58,909 nt of DNA, from the IMG/VR virus record IMGVR_UViG_3300045988_121717. One strand, 5' to 3'. The position numbers were made by a program, and so were the translations under genes. This document shows, one piece after another, positions 34,513 to 44,683 of the stretch; within the stretch, counting starts at the first letter, position 1, and each line of letters opens with the position of its first letter. The stretch comes from a virus. The notes beneath the pieces were generated by a model. The model was not told where the DNA came from, searched no databases, and was given only the letters and a program-made list of their open reading frames with translations.

Positions 34513-35385
34513 CTAGTAGGTGATGTTGGGGTGTCTAAGCGGATAGCCGACTGCCTTGTAGCGGAGCAGACCGTACCGTGCAGTAACGAAAATCTGTCCA
34601 TCCTTCAGGTAGTCGGATTTCAAATCTGCGGTCATGTGGTCGATGTACATGGGCGACTCATCCAGCATCTCGACCTCTCCATCGAGAGAGAGGCTGTTGC
34701 CAACAGCGGCGGCCATCTTCAGGCGCGTGGGGCTGTCGGGGCAAAGCAGGGACACGGCGATCTTGCCGTTCATCCAGACGACGGTGTTGGTTTCCTCCAG
34801 CTTGTCGATGGATGTCAGACGGCAATAAAAGACCGGGGCTTCTTTCGATGCCTCGGTCTCGTCGTCCATGTGGTCGATGCCTACAACAATGCTGTCCGGG
34901 TACATTCCCTTGATGTACCGTGCCATTGCCACAATCGGGTCAGGGTCGGTGGTTTCCTGACAGGGGTATTCGATGATGTCAAACCTGATTTCGGAGCCGA
35001 TGAGCAGTTCGTTCTTCTCCTCAGTCATGGAGAAACCGTCCGTTCTGGCCCATGCGAACGCATACAGCGTGTCGCTGTCGTCCTTGAGCAGAACGTCCTT
35101 CAAGCATTCCCTGACTGCCGGCTCGATGAGTTCGGGGACAGCATCGGAGTCGTTGCGGCAAATCAGGGAGACCAGAAGCGTTCCTGCGCTCTTGCGCTCG
35201 CCATCGGTCTGCATATCAAAGTTGAACACGATTCTGGGGTACTGCGTGGTCGTTCCCCATCCGACGGCTCTATCGCCGGGAGCTTCAGGAGTGAATACAG
35301 CGGGTTTGCCGCCGAACGTGGTCAAGTGCTTGGTGAGGTCCTTGGTCTCAGACAGCCGCTTGTAAATCAAGTTCTCAAGATTCAT
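34513..35385 (-). CDS. Neck/tail-completion protein with two tandem DUF3168-like halves
   Basis: 290 aa. Both halves end in ...G(T/K)(L/I)(L/A)VSL(I/L)C after a similar beta-rich segment. Positioned before the sheath gene. Confidence 0.45.
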   Translation of the reverse strand: MNLENLIYKRLSETKDLTKHLTTFGGKPAVFTPEAPGDRAVGWGTTTQYPRIVFNFDMQTDGERKSAGTLLVSLICRNDSDAVPELIEPAVRECLKDVLLKDDSDTLYAFAWARTDGFSMTEEKNELLIGSEIRFDIIEYPCQETTDPDPIVAMARYIKGMYPDSIVVGIDHMDDETEASKEAPVFYCRLTSIDKLEETNTVVWMNGKIAVSLLCPDSPTRLKMAAAVGNSLSLDGEVEMLDESPMYIDHMTADLKSDYLKDGQIFVTARYGLLRYKAVGYPLRHPNITY

Positions 35386-35662
35386 TCTGTGCCTCCGGCA
35401 TCAGCTCGTTCACGGTGGTGAGGTCTTTCGACCAACGAACGTCCCACTCCCCTTTTTCGACCTCGCCAATGGGGATGATGAAGTGGTTGATGACGTTGCC
35501 AATGCCGGGATGGAACAGGGCCACGAGGGTGGTATCTGTGACTGCGGTGACAATTCCAGTCTTGCCCTCATCCCACGAAGCGTGTTTGCCGTAGATGGCA
35601 TACCCGGCCTTGATGACGTTTGCATCAAACCGGGCGCGGTTCTCTTTGATGATAAGTTCCAT
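35375..35662 (-). CDS. Hypothetical neck-region protein (95 aa)
   Basis: ORF track. RBS GGGAGAAAG. Confidence 0.5.
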   Translation of the reverse strand: MELIIKENRARFDANVIKAGYAIYGKHASWDEGKTGIVTAVTDTTLVALFHPGIGNVINHFIIPIGEVEKGEWDVRWSKDLTTVNELMPEAQNES

Positions 35663-35673
35663 TGTCTTTCTCC

Positions 35674-36111
35674 CTAGTCATATTTCTCGTGGTAAATCCG
35701 CTCGATCTCAGGCATGGCCTTCTCAGAAATCGGTTGCTTGAACGGACGCGGAGCCATACGGCGTGTTCCGTTTTCGAGGTAGGTAGAGTATCGCTCCTGA
35801 CTTTCAAGAACGGCAGTGACCCGCAGACCTGAGCCGGTGCTGGAACTTTCTACGGTTCCATTCCAGTTCAGGCGCAGGTTGCCGGTTCTTCTCGCAGGGG
35901 GCTCTCCAGGTGCGGATGCGGTGTAGTGGGACTTGGTGTGCGGTTTGCGGTAGACGCGGCCAGAACGCTTTCCGCGCAGAACTTCAAGCTCTGCGTTGCG
36001 GATGGCGTTGACGGCTCGCATACCCCTTGAGGCAGCCTCCCGATTGACCTTTTTGACGGTATCGTCAACGGCAATCTTGAGCCGACCAGAGGCTTTCTTA
36101 GGCGTGGTCAC
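35674..36111 (-). CDS. HK97 gp10-family neck protein
   Basis: 145 aa. The pattern ...SAPGEPPARRTGNLR...YSTYLENGTRRMAPRPF is typical of the gp10 family. Confidence 0.65.
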   Translation of the reverse strand: MTTPKKASGRLKIAVDDTVKKVNREAASRGMRAVNAIRNAELEVLRGKRSGRVYRKPHTKSHYTASAPGEPPARRTGNLRLNWNGTVESSSTGSGLRVTAVLESQERYSTYLENGTRRMAPRPFKQPISEKAMPEIERIYHEKYD

Positions 36112-36458
36112 TTCACATCAGTCCTTTCCTCAGCGTAATACAGAGTCGAAACTCCGAGCGAGCCGGTATCGTCAATATCGACGATGTAGAACACCCTGTT
36201 GCCGAGGATGAGCCTGTCGGTACGTTCGGCGCGGGGCTTGCCGCGCTGCACGATGACGTGGGTGATGATGTGGTCAGCCGTGCCGTGGGCCTTGTCCACC
36301 TCATTGGCAGATGCAAGGCATCCGCGCAGGAAGTCTGTGCCATCTCCTTCATACGAAACAGAAGGGCGGCCGCTTTTCAGGTCGCTCTTGCTGTGCTCGA
36401 TGATGAAGTCCTTGAACAGATTTCCGGGGCGCAGGTACATGAGCCGTCCATTAACCAT
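36108..36458 (-). CDS. Head-tail adaptor / head closure protein
   Basis: 116 aa, positioned between the connector-like and gp10-like genes. RBS TGGAGG. Confidence 0.5.
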   Translation of the reverse strand: MVNGRLMYLRPGNLFKDFIIEHSKSDLKSGRPSVSYEGDGTDFLRGCLASANEVDKAHGTADHIITHVIVQRGKPRAERTDRLILGNRVFYIVDIDDTGSLGVSTLYYAEERTDVK

Positions 36459-36870
36459 GCCGATGCCTCCAGTCGTCAGCAGCCCGCTCGTTTTCCATCA
36501 TGCCAGCATAGAAGTACGGAGGCTTCTTGCAGCATTCTGGTGGCTGCTCAATGGATACGGAACTGAAGGAGACCTCTTTCTTCAGGTCTTCATACATCTC
36601 CTTCCAGAGCTTTGCGCGGGCTTGCAGGGAGAGCGTAAGCGGACCGGTCTTGGTGTCAACCTCATAAGAGAACCTGCGGAACAGGCTCTCAAGGAGCATC
36701 AGCTTTGCCCTTTTCCACGACTTGGGGTAGGCAGAGAGGGCAGCCTCGATTTCCTCGTCGGTCAGCGCAGTAGTGTCGGGTCCACCCTCGACCATCGTGT
36801 CGCCAAGCTCAAACCGCATCCTGTCCTTTCCGTATTCGGCGACAGCCGCAGGGTCGTAGTTGTATACCAT
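36451..36870 (-). CDS. Putative head-tail connector protein (139 aa)
   Basis: ORF track. Located downstream of the capsid gene. RBS AAGGAGC. Confidence 0.4.
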   Translation of the reverse strand: MVYNYDPAAVAEYGKDRMRFELGDTMVEGGPDTTALTDEEIEAALSAYPKSWKRAKLMLLESLFRRFSYEVDTKTGPLTLSLQARAKLWKEMYEDLKKEVSFSSVSIEQPPECCKKPPYFYAGMMENERAADDWRHRHG

Positions 36871-36902
36871 ACAATGCGCTCCTTGTTGGATAGATGGTAG
36901 GT

Positions 36903-37190
36903 TTAGCCTTTACAGCTCGTGGAATGCCGCTGGGAAGCCGTAGAAGCCTTGTTTCCGGCCTTAGTGGTATGGGAGGATGCCCGGCCTTTGGCTTCGGTTT
37001 TGACCTTTTTGGGCTCGTCGTTGTGGTCAGCAGGTTCCTCTGTCGCCTCGGCTGCGGGAGCATCGGCGATGTAGCCGCAGGTGATGAGTGCACGGACGCG
37101 GGTGCTGAGAACAGATTCAGTCGGGATGATGTCTCCCGGCTGATACGGCTTTCCGAACAGTTTGACGGCCTTCTTGCAGAGATAGCTCAT
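36903..37190 (-). CDS. Hypothetical protein (95 aa)
   Basis: ORF track. RBS TGGAGGTGG. Confidence 0.5.
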   Translation of the reverse strand: MSYLCKKAVKLFGKPYQPGDIIPTESVLSTRVRALITCGYIADAPAAEATEEPADHNDEPKKVKTEAKGRASSHTTKAGNKASTASQRHSTSCKG

Positions 37191-37202
37191 AAGCCACCTC
37201 CA

Positions 37203-38228
37203 TTACACGCACTTGGACATATAGCAAGCCAGATCGTCGCAGGTCTTACGCATATCGGTGGACATCAGGCCCTCAACGAACTCGCTGTGAGTGCCCGGCT
37301 CTCCCTCGAACTGATCGGTAGCCATATAGCTGCCGTTGCCAAGCATATCCCAAGTGAAGATATAGCCGGCAGAAGGCTCGTCGATCTGCGGGCTGTTGGT
37401 GACGTAGCACATCAGTGCGCCGTCGCTCTCGCAGATGAAGTCCATGTCATCGGGCTGACCTTCATCGGCCTTGTTGTAGGTGGCCATCAGAACGGTGACC
37501 TCATCAAAGCCGAGGAGCTGTGCGATGACGTTCTCGTTGACGGTGGCGGGGTTCGGGGTGGAACCGCCGTACTTCACACGCTCCAGAATGTCAGGATGCT
37601 GCTTCAGGGCGAGGAAGGTGTCATAGCCGAGGCACAGCTTGTTCGGGGTGCGGCGGCCTTCCAGACGAATCTCGCGCTTACGAGCGTCGAAGAATGCGAT
37701 GGGGTCGAAGTTGGCATCGGTGAACTTCAGCATTTGGTTGCTGCCGGGGGTGCTGTCAACGCCGGTGAACTCGTTCTGCCACACGCCGGTCTTGAAGAAC
37801 TTTTCTGCAAAGGTCAGGTCCAGATGCAGGAGCATCTGGTCGTTGATGAAGCGGACGCTGGAGCGGCGCGGGTCGATGGATGCAGGAACGCCAGAGCGGG
37901 TGTAGTCCAGCGCATTGATGCTGTCGATGCCGGTGATGACCTGATCGACATCACACTTGTAGGTGTTGTCGGTGTGGCCGCGCTTTGCGGGCTGGACCTT
38001 ACCGAATGCGGGCTTGCGCTGAACATTGTCGCGGGCCAGATCACCCTTCAGGAACTCATAGTAGAAGCCAGTGGAGTTCTGCACCGGGCAGATGGGGAAA
38101 ATCTTGGTCGCAACGTAGTCAGCGTTGTTGTTGAAGAACGCCATGCTCATGTTGGACAGGTAGCGGTTGGGCTTCCAGCCTTTAGCAATAGCTGCCATGA
38201 TTGCGGCGTTGCTGTTCATGTTTCTCAT
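37203..38228 (-). CDS. Major capsid protein (lambda gpE-like family)
   Basis: 341 aa, preceded by the decoration and scaffold genes. The N-terminal pattern ...YVATKIFPICPVQNSTGFYYEF... resembles capsid E-family proteins. Confidence 0.75.
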   Translation of the reverse strand: MRNMNSNAAIMAAIAKGWKPNRYLSNMSMAFFNNNADYVATKIFPICPVQNSTGFYYEFLKGDLARDNVQRKPAFGKVQPAKRGHTDNTYKCDVDQVITGIDSINALDYTRSGVPASIDPRRSSVRFINDQMLLHLDLTFAEKFFKTGVWQNEFTGVDSTPGSNQMLKFTDANFDPIAFFDARKREIRLEGRRTPNKLCLGYDTFLALKQHPDILERVKYGGSTPNPATVNENVIAQLLGFDEVTVLMATYNKADEGQPDDMDFICESDGALMCYVTNSPQIDEPSAGYIFTWDMLGNGSYMATDQFEGEPGTHSEFVEGLMSTDMRKTCDDLACYMSKCV

Positions 38229-38251
38229 GTTGTCTTACCTTCCTTTCTTGG

Positions 38252-38653
38252 TCAGGATGCCTTGGGCTTGTAGCCGGACTTGGTGAGCTGGACAGAGACG
38301 ACAGTGCCAGCCTTGGCCGCTGCGCTCAGTGCAATGCCGACGATGAACGCGCCATCGGTGGCCTTGACAGCCTTGCCAGCAGCATCCGTGGCCAGCTCGT
38401 CGCCGACTGCGATGGCCTCGCCAGCGACCCACTTGCCAATATCCTTCACCTGAACGGTCAGAGAGCCGCCAGCTTCAACGTTCTCATCGTTGGTGAACAG
38501 GGACAGGCCGATGACGTTCGCGCCAGCAGAGGGCTTTGCAAGCTTGCCAGCGGTGATTGCCAGTGCGATGCCCTGAACATCTTCGAGCTTTGCTCCGGCT
38601 TCCATGATGATGGTGGGGCTTTCGTTGATAGAGGTTCCAAAGTAGGTTGCCAT
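38252..38653 (-). CDS. Head decoration protein (DUF2190-like)
   Basis: ORF track 38252-38677. Start MATYFG follows AAAGGAGGG. Gly/Ala-rich beta protein immediately upstream of the capsid gene. Confidence 0.6.
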   Translation of the reverse strand: MATYFGTSINESPTIIMEAGAKLEDVQGIALAITAGKLAKPSAGANVIGLSLFTNDENVEAGGSLTVQVKDIGKWVAGEAIAVGDELATDAAGKAVKATDGAFIVGIALSAAAKAGTVVSVQLTKSGYKPKAS

Positions 38654-38658
38654 AGCGT

Positions 38659-39897
38659 TTAACCCTCCTTTTCGCACTCAGCACGCAGGGCGGGGTCGTT
38701 CAGCAGGACCTCGTCGATGGCCTGAGCCTTGGTGACATTCTTGGACTTCATGATCTCTGCGGCCTTCGCCTCAGCGCGGGCCCATGCGTCCGGGGCTTCG
38801 CCGCCGCGCTTGCCGATTTCCTTGAACGTGCCGGAGCTTTCGGCGAACTTGACGGCCTCGTCCAGTGCAGCCACATAGGTGTCGTAGGCAGTACCGCCAG
38901 CGGCCTTCATGGACTTCAGAACCGGGAACAGCTCGTCTTCCTTCTTACCGATGAGGGTATACCGCTTGGCCACATCATGCAGCTCGCGGTCCTCGTAGCT
39001 CTCACGGAACTTGCGCAGGGAGTCCAGCTCGGCCTGAACGCGGGGGTCGATAGGCGCGGGGTCGGTGTTGGTCTTCAGGCCCTTGGTCACATCAGCCGTG
39101 GGAGCGGGAGTGCCGCCATCTGCGGGTGCGGCGGGTGCAGGGGGATTATCAGCCGGGGGCGGGGTCTGACCTGCGGGAGTGCCGGGGACCTCTGCTTCGC
39201 CATAACGCTTCTCGATCTCCTCATAGAAAGCGCGCTCGGCAGGGGTCATCTTGGACTTGTCGATTTTCATATCGTCTTCTCCTTTCGACTTATCGTCGTC
39301 TTTCTTGGTTGCGGTGTCCTTGGTTACGTCATCGTTCTCACAGTGACCATGCTTCTCGATCTGCTCGTTCAGGGCATCAACTGCCGCTTTAGCGAGAGCG
39401 CGGGTAGCATCATCCATGGGAACATTCTTCAACACGACGTTGGCGGTCTTGCCAGCGGACCACTGTTCGATGGAGTCCTTCGCAACCGAATCGAACTCCT
39501 CAAGGCTCTCCAACATCGCGGTTCGGGCGGCTGCTCCATCCAGTGCCCCATCACCAAGGATGGAGCAGAGGGACTGGTTCAGCGCGAGGCAGACATCCCA
39601 GACCTCATCGCAGACCCGACGTTCCTTGGCTTCGCCATAGGCTTCATCGAAACTGGCCGAGTTTTTCTGGACTTCCGTTTCCGCGCTCTCCGGCTCCTGC
39701 GCCAGACCAAACATTTTTGCCAAGCTGGAGGAAAGCCGCTTGAAGAATCCAGCACCGTCGGAGTTGGGGTCCTCAGTGCCGGGTTCGGCAGCGGCTTCGT
39801 CTCTGCGCTTGTACAGCCTGATATGGGCATCGGGGTTCGCGCCCTCATCTACAAAGTCAACGGATGTGACCTTGAGATGCTTTAACTTTGTTGCCAC
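38659..39897 (-). CDS. Putative scaffolding protein (412 aa)
   Basis: Charged, helical protein with an Ala/Pro-rich linker, between the protease-like and decoration genes. GTG start after AGGAGGAAG. Confidence 0.5.
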   Translation of the reverse strand: MATKLKHLKVTSVDFVDEGANPDAHIRLYKRRDEAAAEPGTEDPNSDGAGFFKRLSSSLAKMFGLAQEPESAETEVQKNSASFDEAYGEAKERRVCDEVWDVCLALNQSLCSILGDGALDGAAARTAMLESLEEFDSVAKDSIEQWSAGKTANVVLKNVPMDDATRALAKAAVDALNEQIEKHGHCENDDVTKDTATKKDDDKSKGEDDMKIDKSKMTPAERAFYEEIEKRYGEAEVPGTPAGQTPPPADNPPAPAAPADGGTPAPTADVTKGLKTNTDPAPIDPRVQAELDSLRKFRESYEDRELHDVAKRYTLIGKKEDELFPVLKSMKAAGGTAYDTYVAALDEAVKFAESSGTFKEIGKRGGEAPDAWARAEAKAAEIMKSKNVTKAQAIDEVLLNDPALRAECEKEG

Positions 39898-39968
39898 GTT
39901 CTTCCTCCTTTCTTTGGGGTTGATATAATTACAGCCGGGCGCGGGTGCACTCGGCTGAATTACCGTGA

Positions 39969-40424
39969 TTAGATTTCGACGCGCTCAGCCTCTCCACCAA
40001 TGGAGAACATACTGTACTCGCCGTTCTTGACCTTCTCCCAGACCTCCGGGTCGGTGACATGGAATCCAATCCACCAGCCGACAGGGAGCGTTCCGGGAGG
40101 GATGCCAATGGCTTCCTGCTTCTCCTCGGTGAAGACCACGCTTTCGATGAGGACGGCGACATCGCCTTTTTCGTGCATCTCCCCGCCTTCGCGGTACAGC
40201 TCCACAAAATTGTAGGCAGCCGACTCAAGGTCTTCGGGGTCGATCATGTCGTTCTGCCAGTCCTCGATCTGCTCGCCGTCCACGCGGATGGCTACGCTTG
40301 CCCAGCCAAAGGCGAGTCTGCGCTCATCATCCATCTTGGCGATGGTGAGCTTCCGCTTCTCTATGCCCGCCGGGGGCGCAGGAGGTGGAGATGTGGGGGT
40401 AATCATATCTTTGAACGAGATCAT
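39969..40424 (-). CDS. XkdF-like putative prohead serine protease
   Basis: 151 aa. RLAFGWASVAIRVDGEQIEDWQNDMIDPEDLESAAYNFV...H fits the Peptidase_S78_2/XkdF pattern. Confidence 0.55.
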   Translation of the reverse strand: MISFKDMITPTSPPPAPPAGIEKRKLTIAKMDDERRLAFGWASVAIRVDGEQIEDWQNDMIDPEDLESAAYNFVELYREGGEMHEKGDVAVLIESVVFTEEKQEAIGIPPGTLPVGWWIGFHVTDPEVWEKVKNGEYSMFSIGGEAERVEI

Positions 40425-40445
40425 CTGGTTCCTTTCTGCCGGCTG

Positions 40446-41402
40446 TCAGGCGTACCTGAAGACCGGCGATTCAATGTACTCAACGGCGCAGGCGCAGCGC
40501 GGGTGTGCCGGCGGGAGCAGCCTTTGTTCTGGGAACAGGAGCTTTCCAGCATAAGCGAACGAGTCGTCCATGCCGATTTCCGTTCCATCGAGAGCAGCGC
40601 ACATATCGCAGACAGCATCATCGCCGGACGTGCGCCAGACCTTGAGCATGGGACCGAGCAGCCCTTCAGCCTGTGCTTGACGTATGCCTTCATCGGCTCC
40701 TTGGTTATAGGCGGTGGCAAGCTCGGTCTGCGCGATGGTCACGGCCCTGTATCGGTGCGCTTTCTCAGCATAGCGAGAAGCCGCGGTCAATGCCTTCTTT
40801 CGGGCGGTATCGGCCTTCATGCGGGGGTGTTCCGATTTGAGGGCAGACAATACGCTGTCGTAGTATTTGACCGTAGCTGCCGACTGCGCGGCGGTCAGGC
40901 CGACGCAGGGACGAATAAGCCGCGCCAGCTCGTCAACGGTGTGGCTTTCGACCACCTTGTTGGCGAGCAGTGCGCGGATGGCTTCTTTCTGCTGTTCAGA
41001 GCATCGGGTCACGAACTGTGCGCTGCGGCTGTTTATCCAATTCGCCACGCCGGGGTTTTGGGTCTCAAAATGGAATGAGGAGAGCCTTCCGATGATGGGC
41101 TGGGCTTGCGCTCCTGCGCTGAGGGCTTTGCTCCAGACGGAGGCGAACCTGTCCGCGATGAAGATGGAGTAGTCCTGTGCGAACTCATCGTATAGGGTTT
41201 CCGTGAAGTCACCGGCAATGACGGCATCTCTGATCTCGCGGTAGGTCAGTGCAGCTTTCTGGTCATCCCACAGGCTGCACAACAGCTCGATGGGGTCGTC
41301 CTGCTCATCATGCAGATACCGCTCAAGCCGCTGGAGCACGATGTTCTTTGGTCTCGCCTTTGCCACTCTGCCGGGGTGAGGAACATTCACCAGCATGGTC
41401 AT
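40446..41402 (-). CDS. Head morphogenesis protein (SPP1 gp7 / Mu F-like)
   Basis: 318 aa after the portal gene. The C-terminus ...DDAVCDMCAALDGTE...PPAHPRCACAV is typical of the gp7 family. An alternative start exists at 41396. Confidence 0.7.
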   Translation of the reverse strand: MTMLVNVPHPGRVAKARPKNIVLQRLERYLHDEQDDPIELLCSLWDDQKAALTYREIRDAVIAGDFTETLYDEFAQDYSIFIADRFASVWSKALSAGAQAQPIIGRLSSFHFETQNPGVANWINSRSAQFVTRCSEQQKEAIRALLANKVVESHTVDELARLIRPCVGLTAAQSAATVKYYDSVLSALKSEHPRMKADTARKKALTAASRYAEKAHRYRAVTIAQTELATAYNQGADEGIRQAQAEGLLGPMLKVWRTSGDDAVCDMCAALDGTEIGMDDSFAYAGKLLFPEQRLLPPAHPRCACAVEYIESPVFRYA

Positions 41403-42802
41403 TCCCTCCCAAGACGCTTCCGGGCTGCGCTCACATGGCCGCCGTTGTCTTCAAAGCCTTCTTCTCCATCGTGGCCCTTCCCTGCTGCGGTTTCAGGTTC
41501 AGGCGGCTCGTTACCCTGCTGCTGGGCGGCTCTCCGGGCTTCCATCGGAACGGTATCCGTGGTGCGCTTGGGGAGCTTTCCGAGCTGACGAACGTAATCC
41601 TCAAGAGATTCATCCGGGATAATAACGCCGATGCTGGTCATGTCCTTGATGAACGTGGCCATGGTTGCAAGGTCAACATCCTCGATGTCGCCGTGGGTCA
41701 GCCGGGGGTAATCGGTCACTCCGGCAAAGTGGTCGCCGTTGATGTCGATGAGAGCCGGGATGCCTTGGCTGTTGAAGGTCTGGCAGATGATGTCGAGAAA
41801 CGCGCATATCGCCATGGAGAAAAGGTTGGTCTTGTCGCTGGAAAGAGCGAACGAGCCAACGCTTTCGTGGCCGAGCTGGATGAAGTCGGCAAGAACGGTC
41901 TGGCTTATCTTGGTGTCATACCGCGCGATAATGGAGTTGGTGTCGAACTGCCGGGAGCCGCCGGTGCTGGTCAGCTCGAACGTATAGCCGAATGGCAGGA
42001 CCAGACCTTCCGTAGAATCGCGGCGGATGTTTTTGACCATGGCTTCCAGCCCGGCGCGGATGGCGTTCATGTCCTCGTCATCCTTGTCCCAGATGTCCAT
42101 ACCTTCAGGCGTGGTGATGACAGGCAGACCGGCGAGGTCGCGCTCGATGCCGATGCCCTCGATTTCCTGTATGCGGCGTTTGAAATACCATGAGCGGTAC
42201 GCCGTGCGTAGGATGGAGCGGCCTTCGGGGTTGTCCTTGCGGCTCCGGGTGCGGAACAGCATGGCCTTGTTCATGGGAATCGTGATAAGGCCAAAATCGG
42301 GAGGCGGCATCTGCGTCATCCCGATAAGGTTGTCCTGATCGTCATACTCCCACTGGTACAGGGTCTCCTGAGAGCGGATGGGGAGTTTCATCCAGCCAAT
42401 CAGCCCATCGTCATACTTGCTGGACGTTCGGTTGTCCTTGGTGCGGCCCATTCTGCGCTTATACACGATTTCGTGGAAGCTCCAGCCGTAGGTCAGGAAG
42501 GACAGAATCTCGGATATGGTGTCAATCCATGTCTGCTGCATATCGTCCATGCAGCTCTTGACGAACTCTGCAGCCTCGCGGTCCTTTGCCGTGCTTCCAC
42601 CGGGCTCGACATTCCAGCTCGCCTGACGCACAAGCATCTCGATGGCGAACAGAATGGCTCCGATGGTCTCATCGTTGTTCGACATCTCGGTGAAAACTTC
42701 TGCTCCCTTCCTGCCTCTCAGTTCGGAAAGAAACTCCTCGTAGAAAATTCCGCCGTACCTGCGCTGTCCGACGCGACCGATTTCCTTTGAATCATTGCTC
42801 AT
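41399..42802 (-). CDS. Portal protein (Mu gp29/DUF935-like)
   Basis: 467 aa, directly after the terminase gene. RBS TAGGAGGTG. Confidence 0.75.
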   Translation of the reverse strand: MSNDSKEIGRVGQRRYGGIFYEEFLSELRGRKGAEVFTEMSNNDETIGAILFAIEMLVRQASWNVEPGGSTAKDREAAEFVKSCMDDMQQTWIDTISEILSFLTYGWSFHEIVYKRRMGRTKDNRTSSKYDDGLIGWMKLPIRSQETLYQWEYDDQDNLIGMTQMPPPDFGLITIPMNKAMLFRTRSRKDNPEGRSILRTAYRSWYFKRRIQEIEGIGIERDLAGLPVITTPEGMDIWDKDDEDMNAIRAGLEAMVKNIRRDSTEGLVLPFGYTFELTSTGGSRQFDTNSIIARYDTKISQTVLADFIQLGHESVGSFALSSDKTNLFSMAICAFLDIICQTFNSQGIPALIDINGDHFAGVTDYPRLTHGDIEDVDLATMATFIKDMTSIGVIIPDESLEDYVRQLGKLPKRTTDTVPMEARRAAQQQGNEPPEPETAAGKGHDGEEGFEDNGGHVSAARKRLGRE

Positions 42803-42825
42803 AGCCGCTCACCTCCTATCTTTCA

Positions 42826-44613
42826 TTACTTGTTCCAGTAGCTATCCTTCGACAGCCCGGTGCTTGCCGGGCGGCTGACGGAGTAGCCGTTTTCGATCTC
42901 TGCAAAGGCAGAGGAGCTTGCATCGACCATATCCTTGAACTTGGACTCAGGGAACGATTCAAGCTCGGTGAAGTACATCTCATTCCAGTCTGCCAGCAGG
43001 ACATCCACATTGCCGTGCTGCCACTGGGCTGCAAACGGCTCGGCGCGTGTTTCCTTACTGCCGGACTCGGCGATGGTCTTAACGACAAAACCGGCCAGCA
43101 TTTTGACGAAGGACTGAGCCTGCGCCTTACCTGCTTGGCCGGGGTCTTTGGGCAGTCGTTCGACGACCCGCTTATACTTCTTCTTGTCGATTTGGGCTGT
43201 CTGCTTGATGTGAGTGCGCACATCGTCCGCAGACAGGCGTTGGTTCGTGACGTTGGCGACAATGTACCGGCCATTGCGCCGCTTGCCGATAAGGACGCTG
43301 GCAGTGTATGCCGGGTCGCCATTCTCGTCCTCCGAGGTGGCGGCCAAGTCCCAGCCACGCGCCCATGTGATGACATCATTGGGCAGTTCATCAAGAAGCG
43401 TGACCTGACTGCGCTTGAAGAACATACCGGCGGCGGGCTTGATCTTCCAGTTGCCGTTGAGCAGACGCTCTCGTTCGACCTCAAGCAACGCATTCAGGTT
43501 GGCGATGTATCCGGGGTCACTCTCCATCAGCACCTTGTTATCCTGAAGGCGAGAAGCGATGAACGTGACGCTCTTGCACTGCTCGATGGGAATGTCATGC
43601 TCCTCGGCCAGTTTTTCAGCGGTATCTGCGAAGTAGATGGTGTCGTTGAGGACACACATATACCGCACGAGGCCGCTGCGCTCAGGAATCGGGTAGCCGG
43701 TCTCTTGGTCAATCCACCACGAGATGAAGTCGGCCACCCAGCTATCCGCATCAGGGTTGCAGGTGGCACGGACATAGGGCCGGATGCCGCAGGTGGTACG
43801 GTTTCGGGACAGCATATACAGGAACTGCTTGCGGGTGAAATGGGTCAGCTCGTCAAAGCCAAGGTAACAGATTTCTGTACCCTGCCAACTGCTAAGGTCA
43901 TCGTCGCAACTGATGTGGGCGAAGTTCAGTCTCCCTCCCCCGCCGAATGTCCAGTGCAGTTTCGGAGTCTTGCCGGGGGTGGCATCTGGAACGAGATCAT
44001 AGATTTTATGGCTCGCATCCCACAGGCCGCCCTCAGCCGTAATCTGGTTGTAGTTGTGGCGGAAGATAACGCCGCCCCAGCCTTTCACATTGCGGTTTCG
44101 TAGTCCCTCCAGCAGAAGCGCATAGGTTTTACCACCACCGGCAGCTCCACCGTATATCACGATGTCTGCTTTCGAGGCCATGAACGCGGTCTGCGGTCCG
44201 GCCTGTGGCGAGAGCGTTTTTTCGGTACGCTTGTCGCGGCCGTTGTCGGGGATGCAGATGGGAGGATATTCGACCTCGAATACCGTATCATCGCCAGCTC
44301 CGACGGCTCCGCCGAAGTCTCCAGTCAATTCTCCGAGAAGCCTGATGGCTCCAGTGTCGCCTTCGAGCAATGCCTTCTGCATGAGCCGGACAACGATGGC
44401 AGTGTTGTAGTTCTGGTCTTCAGACTGAACTCCAAAGTTCTTGAGGTTCTGCTTGTTGGTCTCGCCGACGACAGGCATCTCCATGAGCATCTTTGCCATC
44501 TGCTTCATGTTCTTCTTAGCCCGCCGCGCCTCGCCAGAAGCTATTCCGCCCTTTCGACCGTTCTCGCTGGCCTGTTCAGACGTAGGCACTATCAGGTTGC
44601 TCGGATTTGACAC
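42826..44613 (-). CDS. terL: Terminase large subunit with a fused TerS-like N-terminal region
   Basis: Walker A IVIYGGAAGGGKTYALLLEG lies at about residue 160. The first ~120 aa (...SEQASENGRKGGIASGEARRAKKNMK...) resemble small-subunit N-termini. GTG start at 44613 follows AGGGGTGAG (track ORF runs to 44643). Confidence 0.8.
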   Translation of the reverse strand: MSNPSNLIVPTSEQASENGRKGGIASGEARRAKKNMKQMAKMLMEMPVVGETNKQNLKNFGVQSEDQNYNTAIVVRLMQKALLEGDTGAIRLLGELTGDFGGAVGAGDDTVFEVEYPPICIPDNGRDKRTEKTLSPQAGPQTAFMASKADIVIYGGAAGGGKTYALLLEGLRNRNVKGWGGVIFRHNYNQITAEGGLWDASHKIYDLVPDATPGKTPKLHWTFGGGGRLNFAHISCDDDLSSWQGTEICYLGFDELTHFTRKQFLYMLSRNRTTCGIRPYVRATCNPDADSWVADFISWWIDQETGYPIPERSGLVRYMCVLNDTIYFADTAEKLAEEHDIPIEQCKSVTFIASRLQDNKVLMESDPGYIANLNALLEVERERLLNGNWKIKPAAGMFFKRSQVTLLDELPNDVITWARGWDLAATSEDENGDPAYTASVLIGKRRNGRYIVANVTNQRLSADDVRTHIKQTAQIDKKKYKRVVERLPKDPGQAGKAQAQSFVKMLAGFVVKTIAESGSKETRAEPFAAQWQHGNVDVLLADWNEMYFTELESFPESKFKDMVDASSSAFAEIENGYSVSRPASTGLSKDSYWNK

Positions 44614-44683
44614 ATCTATCTCACCCCTATTCTCCGGCAGCAATAGAAAAAGCCGAGGCGGTCAGGCCCCGGCTTATCAGCGG

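Noticed and set aside
39898-39968. Hairpin (GTAATTCAGCCG...CGGCTGTAATTA) between the protease-like and scaffold genes as a terminator or regulatory element.
   Set aside because: There is no T-run and it lies inside a co-transcribed head operon. It could modulate expression ratios, but nothing in the sequence singles it out.
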